A DNA stretch of 64,000 nt from an uncultured Pseudomonadota bacterium (GCA_903921785.1 CAIXRH010000199.1:74426-138425); one strand, 5' to 3'. Counted from the first letter of the stretch, positions 46,601 through 55,523 are shown. Program-made: numbers and translations. The notes: a model not told the origin generated them from the letters alone.

Positions 46601-47791
46601 ATGACCCTTCGCCGTCTCCCATTCGCCTCGCCACACCTCCGCCGGATCGTCGAGCTGACCTCGTTGTGCCTCGGCGTGGGTTGCGGGGAGAGCGGCTCGC
46701 CCAGCGACAGCAGCAGCTCGGTGGAGGCCGGGGACTCCATCGAGAGCGGCTCCGCGAACGACACCGCCGACACGGGCGACTCCGGCGGAGGGACCGAGAC
46801 CGGGGTCGACTCTGCCGACTCCGGTGACTCCGGCGACACGGAAGAGCCCCCGCCGGCCGTGCCCCCCGAGTCCCTGACGTTCGTGACGACGACCGGGGAT
46901 GTCCTACGCTGGGACGCTGGCGCGAGCGCACCCACCGTGCTCGCCAACCTCGGGGCGGCCGCGGAGGTCCATCGCGGCGAGACCGGGCTGCTCAACCTCG
47001 CGGATGGGAGCGGCGGCTGGTTCGACGTGGACCCCGAGACCGGCGCGACGGTCGCCAGTTACCCGGGGAGCACCTTCGGCTACGTAGACTGCGGCGGCTC
47101 CGCCTGGAGCGTCGGGGAGGACCACCGGTCCATCGAACGACGAGACAGCAGTGGCCTCCAGACCAGCGTCTCGATCGCCGTCGCCGACGACGGCGACGTC
47201 GGGGCCGCCATCGGAATGCGGAGGGCCGTCGCCGCCGCCGACGGCAGGCTCTACGTGGGCTGGTGCTCGGAGTACCGTGCTTGGACCTGCGGTGTGGTGA
47301 CGGTCTCCTGCGCCGACGCGACCGCCGCCGTGGGACCCCGCGCGAGTCAACTCGTAACGCTGCAGATGGATCACGGGATGCTGGTCGGGCTCGCGGCAGA
47401 CGTGGACAACAACCTGGGGGAGATCGCCATCCTGAGCGTCCCCGACCTCGTCTCCCAGCCGGAGTCGCGGGCGCTCGGCGCGACCCTCGCGTGGTCCGGG
47501 CGGCCTGGCCTCCCCCAGTTCGCCCGCTACACGAGCGATTGGGTGTCCACCCTGGGAAGCTGGACTGGAGACGGGGCAGTGGTCCAGGCGCCCGACCTGC
47601 CGATCGAGGACGCACCGGCGAACCTCGTGGTGCTCTACGAGGGCGACGTTCCGGCGCAGGCCTACGCCATCCGCGAAGGCGGGCAGCTCGCCGCATGGGC
47701 CCTCTCGCCCGACGGCGACGGCTGGGCGTGGTCGCCGCTCACCGTGCCCGACGTAGGCCCGCTCCGCTTCGTCGACACCCTCGAACCGTGA
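46601..47791 (+). CDS. Hypothetical lipoprotein
   Basis: ATG 46601 has AAAGGG upstream, and third-position GC is poor before it. Lipobox LCLGVGC plus a D/S/G/T linker. No family recognised. Confidence 0.55.
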   Translation: MTLRRLPFASPHLRRIVELTSLCLGVGCGESGSPSDSSSSVEAGDSIESGSANDTADTGDSGGGTETGVDSADSGDSGDTEEPPPAVPPESLTFVTTTGDVLRWDAGASAPTVLANLGAAAEVHRGETGLLNLADGSGGWFDVDPETGATVASYPGSTFGYVDCGGSAWSVGEDHRSIERRDSSGLQTSVSIAVADDGDVGAAIGMRRAVAAADGRLYVGWCSEYRAWTCGVVTVSCADATAAVGPRASQLVTLQMDHGMLVGLAADVDNNLGEIAILSVPDLVSQPESRALGATLAWSGRPGLPQFARYTSDWVSTLGSWTGDGAVVQAPDLPIEDAPANLVVLYEGDVPAQAYAIREGGQLAAWALSPDGDGWAWSPLTVPDVGPLRFVDTLEP

Positions 47792-47845
47792 TCCTGCATC
47801 CCCGCCGACCCGGCGCCGACGTGTGATCCGGCCCCGGCCTCACGG

Positions 47846-48712
47846 CTACTGCGCGCCGCGCGTCAGGGTCGGGTGCTCGCCCGCCGCCGCTTCCGTACCC
47901 CGGACGGTCAGCATCACGACCTCCGGAGGAACGCCGAAGCGGACGGGGTAGACGCTCATGCCGACGCCGGAGCTGACGTAGAGCGGCACCCCGTGGACGT
48001 CGTAGCGGCCCCGACGAAACCGTAGCTTCAGCAGGCGCTGCGAGAAGATCGGGATGTAGACCTGCCCGCCGTGGGTGTGACCCGCGAGCACCAGATCGGC
48101 GCGGTGGCCCACCACGTCCACGATGTCGGGCTCGTGCCCAAACGCAATCGTGCTCGCCCGGCGGGGAACCCCCGCGAAGGCGGCCTCTACGTCGGTATGA
48201 TCGGTCCAGGAGTCCCCGAGTCCGACCAGCCAGATTCGGTCGTCCCCACTTCGAAGCGCCGCCGAACGGTTGTCCATCATCGTCACACCCGCCGACTCGA
48301 GGGCCCTCCGGTAGACATCCTCGTCGTTCCACCAGTCGTGATTGCCGAGGACCGCGTAGACGCCGAGCGGCGCGGCGATGGCGCCGATGGCCGGCGCCCA
48401 CTCCGACGGCGCGACCTTGTGCCCCCCGAAGATCCGGTTGATCGCGTAATCGCCGGTCAGCACGACCACGTCGGGGTGCTCGACGCTCACCCGCTCGGCG
48501 AGCGCCTCGACCCGCGCGACGCCATTCCAGGGGGAGCCGACGTGAAGATCGGCGATCACCGCCACCCGGAGCGGAGCCCCCTTCCAATCATCGAGCACCA
48601 CCTCGTCGTGGCGCACCACGAGCAACTGTGGCTCGACGAGGGTGGCCCACCCGACGGCGGACGCGCCGAACGCGAGGGTGAGCTTGAAGAGTCGTTCGAA
48701 CACGGTCGCCAT
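47846..48712 (-). CDS. Calcineurin-like metallophosphoesterase (YaeI/YkuE-like)
   Basis: Motifs DLHVG, GDY, GNHD and GHTHGGQ occur in the canonical order, after an N-terminal hydrophobic segment. Confidence 0.85.
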   Translation of the reverse strand: MATVFERLFKLTLAFGASAVGWATLVEPQLLVVRHDEVVLDDWKGAPLRVAVIADLHVGSPWNGVARVEALAERVSVEHPDVVVLTGDYAINRIFGGHKVAPSEWAPAIGAIAAPLGVYAVLGNHDWWNDEDVYRRALESAGVTMMDNRSAALRSGDDRIWLVGLGDSWTDHTDVEAAFAGVPRRASTIAFGHEPDIVDVVGHRADLVLAGHTHGGQVYIPIFSQRLLKLRFRRGRYDVHGVPLYVSSGVGMSVYPVRFGVPPEVVMLTVRGTEAAAGEHPTLTRGAQ

Positions 48713-48755
48713 GCCGCCACGTCACCCGGTGGGGTGCGCAGGCGGCGCCCAGGAT

Positions 48756-48773
48756 GTGCAACGTTCGTGCAAC
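48756..48773. promoter_or_regulatory. Direct repeat GTGCAAC-N4-GTGCAAC (11-bp register) in a divergent spacer
   Basis: Read directly from the sequence. It is followed by CGTTCG / CGAACG / CGTTCG (48762-48798), which can form alternative hairpins. It lies between the phosphoesterase and cyclase starts. Confidence 0.3.
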
Positions 48774-48867
48774 CCGAACGACGGTACGGGGCCGTTCGTG
48801 GTGACGGGACGTCGCGCACGCCACGGTGGCGCGGGTGGGGAGCCCAAAGACTGGATAGGAAGCGCGG

Positions 48868-50151
48868 ATGCCGACCCTCCCCGACTCCGCGTCCGCCGTG
48901 CTGGTGCGCGTGCTCGGTCACGCGTTGGTGCGCGGGGAGGTCTCGATCGCCCGAACGCGGCAGTTCGTCCTCGCCGTGGCCGCCGTCGAGGAGCTGGTCT
49001 TCCTCGCGATGCACCCCGAAGCGGCGCACCACCTGCTCGGGTGGCTACCGCTGGCGGCGCTCGGGGCGGGTGCGGTGTTCACGACGCTCGAGCTGCGCCG
49101 GCTCCGTCGCGAGGGCGCCGCCCCCCGCGCCAGCTCAGCGGCGTTGGACGCCGCGTTGATCCTCGGGGTGGCGCTGCCCGTGGCCCTGCAGCCCGACGCC
49201 ACCTACTCCGGCGCGTTCCACCATCCGCCCTCGGTCTTCTTCCTCCTCGCGATCGCCGCCGCCGGGCTCCGCCTCAGCCGCCCGTTGGTGCGGGTGGCGG
49301 CCGTCACCAATTCGGCGTGTATGCTCCTTTTGCTCGCCATCGACTTCGTCCGTGGCAGCCCGACGCCACGCGTCGACGAGTGGATTCTCTGGACGATGGC
49401 GTTCTTCGGAGCCTCCTTCCTCGCGGACGGGATGGCGCTGCGCGCCCGGAAGCTCGCTCACGAGGTGGCTGGCGCCGTCCTCGCCGCCGAACGGGCCCGG
49501 CAGGCGCTCGACGTGTACGTCTCCACCGAGGTGGCCGACGAGGTGCTCGCGGGAGAGGCGGTCGCCCCCGGTGGCCACCGTCAGGCGGTCGCCGTGCTCG
49601 TCGCCGAGCTCACCGGGTTCTCCGCCTACAGCGGCCAGGTTCCGCCTGAGCGGCTGGTGAGCGAGCTCAACGCGTGGCTCGGCGCGATGGTGGAGGTGGT
49701 GGGCGCCCAGGGGGGGGTAGTCGACCGGTTCACCGGCGCGGGGCTCATCGCCTGCTTCGGCATGCCCCGGACGCTCCCGGACGCCGCGTCGCGGGCACTA
49801 CGTGCTTCGGTGGAGATGCACCGGGCCCTGGTCACCCACAACATCGAGCGGGCCGGCCGGGGCGCGCCGGCGCTGCGCCTCTCGATCGGGCTCAACTACG
49901 GGGAGGTCGTCGTCGGCAACATCGGCACCCCGGATCGGATGCAGTACACGGCCGTCGGGGAAGCGGTGAACACGGCCGCCCGGCTCCAGGGCATCGCCAA
50001 GGACCGGTCGCTTTTGGTGGCGGCGCCGGCCGGCCTCATCGAGTTCGCGGGACCGGTGGAGGGCGTGCCCCGCCTCGAAGCGCTCGGCGCCGTCGAGTTG
50101 GCCGGACGGACGGGTCAGTTGGTGCTGTACGGCCTCCGCTCTGTGGGCTGA
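48868..50151 (+). CDS. Membrane-anchored class III adenylate/guanylate cyclase homologue (metal ligands degenerate)
   Basis: AGGAAG lies 5 nt upstream. About 6 hydrophobic helices are followed by a cyclase domain with GEAVNTAARLQ conserved. The two canonical metal Asp positions read E247 (VLVAELTGFS) and A291 (RFTGAGLIA). Confidence 0.8.
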   Translation: MPTLPDSASAVLVRVLGHALVRGEVSIARTRQFVLAVAAVEELVFLAMHPEAAHHLLGWLPLAALGAGAVFTTLELRRLRREGAAPRASSAALDAALILGVALPVALQPDATYSGAFHHPPSVFFLLAIAAAGLRLSRPLVRVAAVTNSACMLLLLAIDFVRGSPTPRVDEWILWTMAFFGASFLADGMALRARKLAHEVAGAVLAAERARQALDVYVSTEVADEVLAGEAVAPGGHRQAVAVLVAELTGFSAYSGQVPPERLVSELNAWLGAMVEVVGAQGGVVDRFTGAGLIACFGMPRTLPDAASRALRASVEMHRALVTHNIERAGRGAPALRLSIGLNYGEVVVGNIGTPDRMQYTAVGEAVNTAARLQGIAKDRSLLVAAPAGLIEFAGPVEGVPRLEALGAVELAGRTGQLVLYGLRSVG

Positions 50152-50154
50152 GGC

Positions 50155-51048
50155 CTACGCTTCGTCGACCACGCGGTCCCCTGGATAGAGGAAGACCTCC
50201 ACGTTCCCCTTTCCATCGGCCCGCACCAGATCGTCGCGGATACCCGCCTCGCGTAGTCGGGTGCGAAGCCGACGGAGGGCGCGATCCCAGCTCATGCGGT
50301 GGCGGCCTGGGTCCCGCTTGCCCCAGAGCTCCCCCGCCACCACGGTCCACGGCGCCGGCGCGCCGATCAGCGCGAGCTCGCTGAGCAGCTGCGCGGGCAG
50401 CCCGTCGAACGTCACCGGTGGTTTTCGCGCCCGCTGGATGTGCACCGACGTCGTGCGCGCCACCAGCGTGAGGGGCTCGAGGATCCCGGTCGTCGCGGCG
50501 CTCCCCGCCTCGCCCAAGGCGACCTCCACGGCCTCGATCTCCACGCCGCCGACGGCCCACGCGCGCCCGGCCCGCACGGGCTCGGGGCCGCGTCCGAAGT
50601 CCCCCGTCCACCCCTCGGCGGTGCTCCACACCCGAGCGACCGCGTGCTCGAGGTACGCAGGAACGAGCTCGGGCTCCGGCTCCGTGACCAGCGAGTAGAC
50701 CGGCGCGCACAGCTCGCGGACCTGTCCGGGGAAACGTAGCGCGAGCACGCGCTCGGGGAGGTCCACCCGGCCGACCTCCACGTCCACCACGCCGGAGAGC
50801 CGCACGATCATGCCCTCTTCCAGCAGCACATCGTCCTCCGGGGCGCCGTCGAGCTCCAGGGCGCCTCGGAGCGCGAGCAGGTGGAGCTCCCGCCCCCGGA
50901 GCGAGACGAGCGCAGCCGCCTCCGGCACGCGCGGATCGGGGATGCGGAGGGCGGCGGCGTGGAGCCGGCCGACGATGCCCCCGGGGCCGACCGTGACCGG
51001 GGCCCCGGGCGCGACCCGGAGTTGGACCTGAGGGCGGGTTAGGCTCAC
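50155..51048 (-). CDS. FHA-like N-terminal domain fused to a C-terminal OmpR/PhoB-type winged-helix domain
   Basis: GTG start. IVGRLHAAALRIPDPRV...LRGRELHLLAL...GMIVRLSG follows the FHA spacing but lacks the Ser/His/Asn phosphothreonine contacts. The C-terminal LLSELALIG...ELWGKRD...WDRALRRLRTRLREAGI...LVRADGKGNVEV fits the winged-helix pattern. Confidence 0.55.
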   Translation of the reverse strand: MSLTRPQVQLRVAPGAPVTVGPGGIVGRLHAAALRIPDPRVPEAAALVSLRGRELHLLALRGALELDGAPEDDVLLEEGMIVRLSGVVDVEVGRVDLPERVLALRFPGQVRELCAPVYSLVTEPEPELVPAYLEHAVARVWSTAEGWTGDFGRGPEPVRAGRAWAVGGVEIEAVEVALGEAGSAATTGILEPLTLVARTTSVHIQRARKPPVTFDGLPAQLLSELALIGAPAPWTVVAGELWGKRDPGRHRMSWDRALRRLRTRLREAGIRDDLVRADGKGNVEVFLYPGDRVVDEA

Positions 51049-51051
51049 CGG

Positions 51052-52443
51052 ATGTCTCCCTCCCCCGGTCTATCGTCCTCCTTCGGCGATTTCCGCCCGA
51101 CGGGGGAGGTTCGCTACGGGGGCTGTGCGGAGGTGAGGCGGGCCACTGCGCCGGATGGCACCGACGTGGCGCTGAAGATCGCACGGGACAACCAAGGGAA
51201 CGCCGCGCGGTTGGACCGCGAGATCGGCACGCTTCACGCGCTCCCCCGCCGCGACCCGCTGGCGGGAACCTGGGCGGTGCAGGCGCTCGCCTCGGGGCTC
51301 ACGCCCGACGGGCGCCCGTGGGTCGCCCTCCCCTGGTTCCCCTACTCCCTGCGAGAGTGGGTCGAGGTGGCCGCGCCGTCGCTCCCCTGGACCCTCGCCG
51401 CGCTGGGGCAGGCGGTCACGGCGGTGCTCCGGTTCCAGGCGACGGGGGACAGCCCCGGCAACCCCCGCCTCCACCGCGATCTGAAGCCCGACAACTTCCT
51501 GGTGCGAGCATCGGAAGGTCGGGTCCACGTGGTCCTCGCCGACTTCGGAGGCGCCCGCGCCGATCACCTCGCCAACGCCGCACGCCCGAGCCTGCACTAC
51601 ACCCCGCGCTACGGCCCTCCCGAGCAGACGCTCACGCTGGCCGCGCCGCCCGACCCGTCGATCGACGCCCACGCCCTCGCCGTCACCGTCTACTGGTGCC
51701 TCACGGGCCGCGAGCCCGACAGCAAGGGCGCGAGCGTGGCCTACACCCGCGCCGGCACCCGGCTGCTCGACCTGCAGTGCGCCACCCGGCTGAAGGCCGC
51801 AGAGGTGGACGAGCTCGAAACGCTTCGGAGGTGTCCGCTCTCCGCGCTCGTGGAGCTCGACGAGATGGTCCCGCTCACGGAGGCCGATGAAGCGCGGCTG
51901 CGGACGACGCTCGCCGACGAGCTGCGCATCCTCTCGGCGCCGCCCGAGCTCGCGGAGGAAGTCGCAGCGCCGCTGCTTCGCGCGCTCCGGCGCGCCCTCG
52001 CTCCGGACCCCGAACGCCGCGACGGGGATCTCCGGCAGCTGATCGCGGCGTGCGAAGCCGCGACCGGGGCGATGGAGCGGGCCGGCATCGGCGGTGCCGG
52101 CCCGCTCCGATCCTCGGCCGTCCCGGAGACCGGGAGCGTCGTGAGCCCCACCCCCAACGCCGCCGCCACGCTCAACTCCGCGAGCCTTGACAACCCCTCC
52201 CTGGGTCCGTCCAGCTTCGCCCCGTCTCCCCTCCAGGATCCTCCGGTGGAGCGCCCGCTCGCCTCCCCCCCCCTTGCGTCCCGACCCCCAGCAGGGATCA
52301 CCGCACGCAGCCGGCCCGCCCCCACGCTTCCCCCGGTGCCCGAGGTCGTGGCCAAGGACCCGGCTGCGTTGTGGATGACGGCCGTTTTCCTCGGGGTCGC
52401 CGCGCTCCTGGTCCTCTGGGCGCTCTGGCGGGGCGTCGGCTGA
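51052..52443 (+). CDS. Ser/Thr protein kinase with a C-terminal TM anchor
   Basis: Kinase motifs VALKIA (Lys), HRDLKPDN and DFG are present, with PPE in place of APE. A Pro-rich linker follows, then the TM helix LWMTAVFLGVAALLVLWALW. Confidence 0.85.
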   Translation: MSPSPGLSSSFGDFRPTGEVRYGGCAEVRRATAPDGTDVALKIARDNQGNAARLDREIGTLHALPRRDPLAGTWAVQALASGLTPDGRPWVALPWFPYSLREWVEVAAPSLPWTLAALGQAVTAVLRFQATGDSPGNPRLHRDLKPDNFLVRASEGRVHVVLADFGGARADHLANAARPSLHYTPRYGPPEQTLTLAAPPDPSIDAHALAVTVYWCLTGREPDSKGASVAYTRAGTRLLDLQCATRLKAAEVDELETLRRCPLSALVELDEMVPLTEADEARLRTTLADELRILSAPPELAEEVAAPLLRALRRALAPDPERRDGDLRQLIAACEAATGAMERAGIGGAGPLRSSAVPETGSVVSPTPNAAATLNSASLDNPSLGPSSFAPSPLQDPPVERPLASPPLASRPPAGITARSRPAPTLPPVPEVVAKDPAALWMTAVFLGVAALLVLWALWRGVG

Positions 52444-52460
52444 ACGCATAGCGCCGCCCC

Positions 52461-53273
52461 ATGCGTGTCCTCACCGTCCCCCGCGCCGAGCTCGACCCCG
52501 AAGCCGCGCTCGATCGGCTGCTCTCCCTGGGCCCGGTGGACATCACCGAGGGCATCGGGGGCCTCCGGGTGTTGTTCGCCGAGTCGCCCTCGTTGGACGA
52601 TGAGGTGGCGCGTGCGCTCGGGCGCTCGCCCGGGCGACTGCACTGGTCCGCGCCGGTCCTCCGCGACGGCGGCACCACCGCGCTTCTGGAGGTGCGCCCC
52701 CAGCGCGTCGCGGGCCTGTGGCTGGCGCCGGTGGTGGACGGCGCGTCTCCTCCAGCGCCGACGCCTGACGGGCTCCTGCTCCGGGACAGCCCCGTCTTCG
52801 GCTCCGGCGCCCACCCGACGACGGTCCTCTGCCTGGAAGCGCTCGCGGAGCTGCCCCCCGCCCCCCGCGTCATCGACGTCGGGACGGGCAACGGGGTGCT
52901 CGCCCTGGCCGCCCTCCGGCTCGGCGCGGGGGTCGCCCTCGGCGTGGACACGGACCCGCTCGCGGTCCAGGAAGCCCGGGCCAACGCGACGCTCAACGCG
53001 CTCGCAGATCGGTTCACCGCGACCCTCTCGGGCCCCGACGCCGGCCTCGGCCGCGCGCCGCTCGTCCTGGCGAACGTCCTGGCGGCGCCGCTGCAGGTCC
53101 TCGCGCCCGCGATCGCGGGGCTGGTCGCCAGTGACGGGGATCTCCTGCTCTCCGGCATCCCGGAAGGCGTGGCCGAAGAAGTGACCCGCGCGTACCTGCA
53201 TGTCGGCATGCGACGGGGACCTGTGCGCTCGCGTGGAGGCTGGACCTGCCTGCACCTGCGCGCGGGCTGGTAG
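52461..53273 (+). CDS. prmA: Ribosomal protein L11 methyltransferase
   Basis: FGSGAHPTT and VIDVGTGNGVLALAA motifs are in PrmA order, and the size is typical for PrmA. Confidence 0.8.
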   Translation: MRVLTVPRAELDPEAALDRLLSLGPVDITEGIGGLRVLFAESPSLDDEVARALGRSPGRLHWSAPVLRDGGTTALLEVRPQRVAGLWLAPVVDGASPPAPTPDGLLLRDSPVFGSGAHPTTVLCLEALAELPPAPRVIDVGTGNGVLALAALRLGAGVALGVDTDPLAVQEARANATLNALADRFTATLSGPDAGLGRAPLVLANVLAAPLQVLAPAIAGLVASDGDLLLSGIPEGVAEEVTRAYLHVGMRRGPVRSRGGWTCLHLRAGW

Positions 53274-53286
53274 GCGGCGACGGCGC

Positions 53287-53424
53287 GTCCGGTGACGACG
53301 GTCGATCCGAACGAGGTCGAGGGGCGGGTGGAGCCCCACCGGCGTGCCGACCCGGACCCGTCGGCGGTCGAGCGGCCACCGTCGGCGAGAATGGCGAGGC
53401 GCGCGGCCCGGCCGCCGCGGACGC
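53287..53424 (+). repeat. Dispersed non-coding repeat, copy B
   Basis: Same element as 10709-10836 and 60284-60419, with core GGCGAGAATGGCGAGGCGCGCG. It fills most of the prmA-cmk spacer. GCGTCCG / CGGACGC inverted ends are seen in this copy only. Confidence 0.7.
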
Positions 53425-53438
53425 GGTAGAAGGCGCCC

Positions 53439-54098
53439 GTGGCAGAGATCAGCATCGCCGTAGACGGGCCCGGAAGCTCCGGGAAGGGCACCGTCGCTCG
53501 TAAGGTCGCCGAGGAACTCGGCTACCAATTCGTCGACACCGGGGCCATGTACCGAACGGTCGGGCTCCTCGCCCTCCGCGCCGGCGTCGACCCGCGCGAC
53601 GCCGAGGCCACCGCCCGGATCGCCGCGGCGATCCGCTTCCGGTTCGCGTTCGCCGACGGGCGCCTCCGCGTCTACGCGGACGACGCAGACGTCAGCGAGG
53701 CGATCCGCGGCGAGGAGGTCGGGAAGGCGGCGTCAGCCGTGGCGGTGCACCCCGCGGTGCGCACGGCGCTCCTCGCGCTCCAGCGCGGCCTCGGTAACGA
53801 GGGCGGCGTGGTGATGGACGGGCGGGACATCGGCACCGTCGTGCTGCCCGACGCCCAGCTCAAGGTGTACCTCGACGCCGCGCTCGACGAGCGAGCCCGA
53901 CGCCGGTGGATGGAGCACCCGGAGCGAAGCTTCGAGCTGGTGAAGGCTGAGCTCGCCGCGCGCGACCTCCAGGACTCCACCCGGGCCACCGCGCCGCTCC
54001 GCCGCGCCGACGATGCCGTGCTCGTCGACAGCACCGGCCGCGGCATCGACGAGGTCGTCGCCGAGATCGTGGCCCTGGCACGGGCGCGACGGGCCTAG
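53439..54098 (+). CDS. cmk: Cytidylate kinase
   Basis: IAVDGPGSSGKGTVARKVAEELGYQFVDTGAMYR is the Cmk N-terminal signature. GTG start. Confidence 0.85.
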   Translation: MAEISIAVDGPGSSGKGTVARKVAEELGYQFVDTGAMYRTVGLLALRAGVDPRDAEATARIAAAIRFRFAFADGRLRVYADDADVSEAIRGEEVGKAASAVAVHPAVRTALLALQRGLGNEGGVVMDGRDIGTVVLPDAQLKVYLDAALDERARRRWMEHPERSFELVKAELAARDLQDSTRATAPLRRADDAVLVDSTGRGIDEVVAEIVALARARRA

Positions 54099-54101
54099 GC
54101 G

Positions 54102-55523
54102 GTGCTGTTCATCAGCGACGAGTTCTTTGTCTTCTTCGTCCTGGTGCTCACCGCCTCGGCGCTCGCCCCCCGCCCGAAGCTCCGGGCCTGGATCGTCCTC
54201 GGGTTCTGCGTGTGGTTCTACGCGAGCTGGAGCCTCCCGTTCATGGGGTTGCTCGCCGCGAACATCGTGGCCGACTACTACCTCGCGCTCGGCATCCGAA
54301 GGAGCGACGCCCCCCGGCGGCGCTTCGCGATGGTCACCGCCAGCGTCTCGATGAACCTCGGGATGCTCGGCGTGTTCAAATACGCCGGCTTCGCGGCCTC
54401 GACCGCCAACGACGGCCTGCGCCTCCTCGGGACCGACCTGCAGGTGCCCGTCCCCCACCTGATCCTCCCGCTGGGGATCAGCTTCTACGTGTTCCAGGCG
54501 ATCTCGTACACGGTGGACGTGTACCGGGGCCTCTTGGAGCCCACCCGCGACCTCCGCAAGCTCGCAACCTTCATCCTCTTCTTCCCCCACCTGGTCAGCG
54601 GCCCCATCGTCCGCGCGGCCGAGATCCTCCCCCAACTGGATCGGTTGGAGCAGCCCCCCGCGGAGGACGACGTCGTCGTCGGCACGCGCGAGTTCGTCCT
54701 CGGGTTCGCCCGCAAGGTGCTCCTCGCCGACACCTTCGCCCGCCTCGCCGACGCGACCTTCGGCGCCCCGGAGCGCTTCGGCGCCGCCTCGCTCTGGCTG
54801 GGGCTGTTCGCCTACGCCTTCCAGATCTACTTCGACTTCTCGGGCTACTCGCAGATGGCCGTGGGCCTCGCCCGCTGCTTCGGGATCCACTTCCCCGACA
54901 ACTTCGACAGTCCGTACATCTCCCGCTCCCTCCAGGAGTTCTGGCGGCGGTGGCACATCTCCCTCAGCCGCTTCCTCCGCGACTACCTCTACATCCCGCT
55001 CGGCGGGAGTCGACACGGAGCGGCGCGCACGCTCTTCGCGCTCTCGGCCACCATGCTCATCGGCGGGTTCTGGCACGGCGCCAACTGGACGTTCGTGGTC
55101 TGGGGGGCCATCCACGGCTTCGGCCAGGCGATCGCCTGGTACTACCGGGAGTTCCTCCGTACGCCCGCCCACGCCCGCTTCTGGGACTCGCCGCTCGGAA
55201 ACGCCACGGGCTGGGCGATGACGATGGCGACGGTCCTCGTCGCGTGGGTCTTCTTCCGCGCGCCCACCCTGGATGCGAGCCTCGACTACCTCCGGCGGAT
55301 GGTCAGTGCAGGCGGCGGTGAGGCCCGGTTGCCGCTCGGGACCGCGGAGCTCGCGGCCTTCGCCGCGGCGCTCACCATCACGGCGGTTGCGTACTTCCGA
55401 CCGAACTGGGCGATCCCCTGGCCGAAGGACCGCCTCCGCCAGGGCCTCTTCGTCGGCGCCGGGTACGTCCTCTGCGTGGCGGTGAAGCAGGCAGACGCGC
55501 CGTTCATCTACTTCAATTTCTGA
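54102..55523 (+). CDS. MBOAT-family membrane O-acyltransferase (AlgI/DltB-like)
   Basis: Polytopic membrane protein. FWRRWHISLSRFLRDYLYIPLGG and GGFWHGANWTF carry the conserved-His contexts. GTG start 3 nt after the cmk stop. Confidence 0.85.
   Translation: MLFISDEFFVFFVLVLTASALAPRPKLRAWIVLGFCVWFYASWSLPFMGLLAANIVADYYLALGIRRSDAPRRRFAMVTASVSMNLGMLGVFKYAGFAASTANDGLRLLGTDLQVPVPHLILPLGISFYVFQAISYTVDVYRGLLEPTRDLRKLATFILFFPHLVSGPIVRAAEILPQLDRLEQPPAEDDVVVGTREFVLGFARKVLLADTFARLADATFGAPERFGAASLWLGLFAYAFQIYFDFSGYSQMAVGLARCFGIHFPDNFDSPYISRSLQEFWRRWHISLSRFLRDYLYIPLGGSRHGAARTLFALSATMLIGGFWHGANWTFVVWGAIHGFGQAIAWYYREFLRTPAHARFWDSPLGNATGWAMTMATVLVAWVFFRAPTLDASLDYLRRMVSAGGGEARLPLGTAELAAFAAALTITAVAYFRPNWAIPWPKDRLRQGLFVGAGYVLCVAVKQADAPFIYFNF

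Noticed and set aside
50036-53528. Overlapping alternative-frame ORFs around the kinase/prmA region (50036-51184, 51070-52449, 51741-53528, 52298-53491, all minus)
   Set aside because: All are shadows of the motif-supported genes at 50155-51048, 51052-52443 and 52461-53273 (antisense or, for 50036-51184, mostly an alternative frame on the same strand). Their translations are dominated by Arg, Gly, Pro and Ala.
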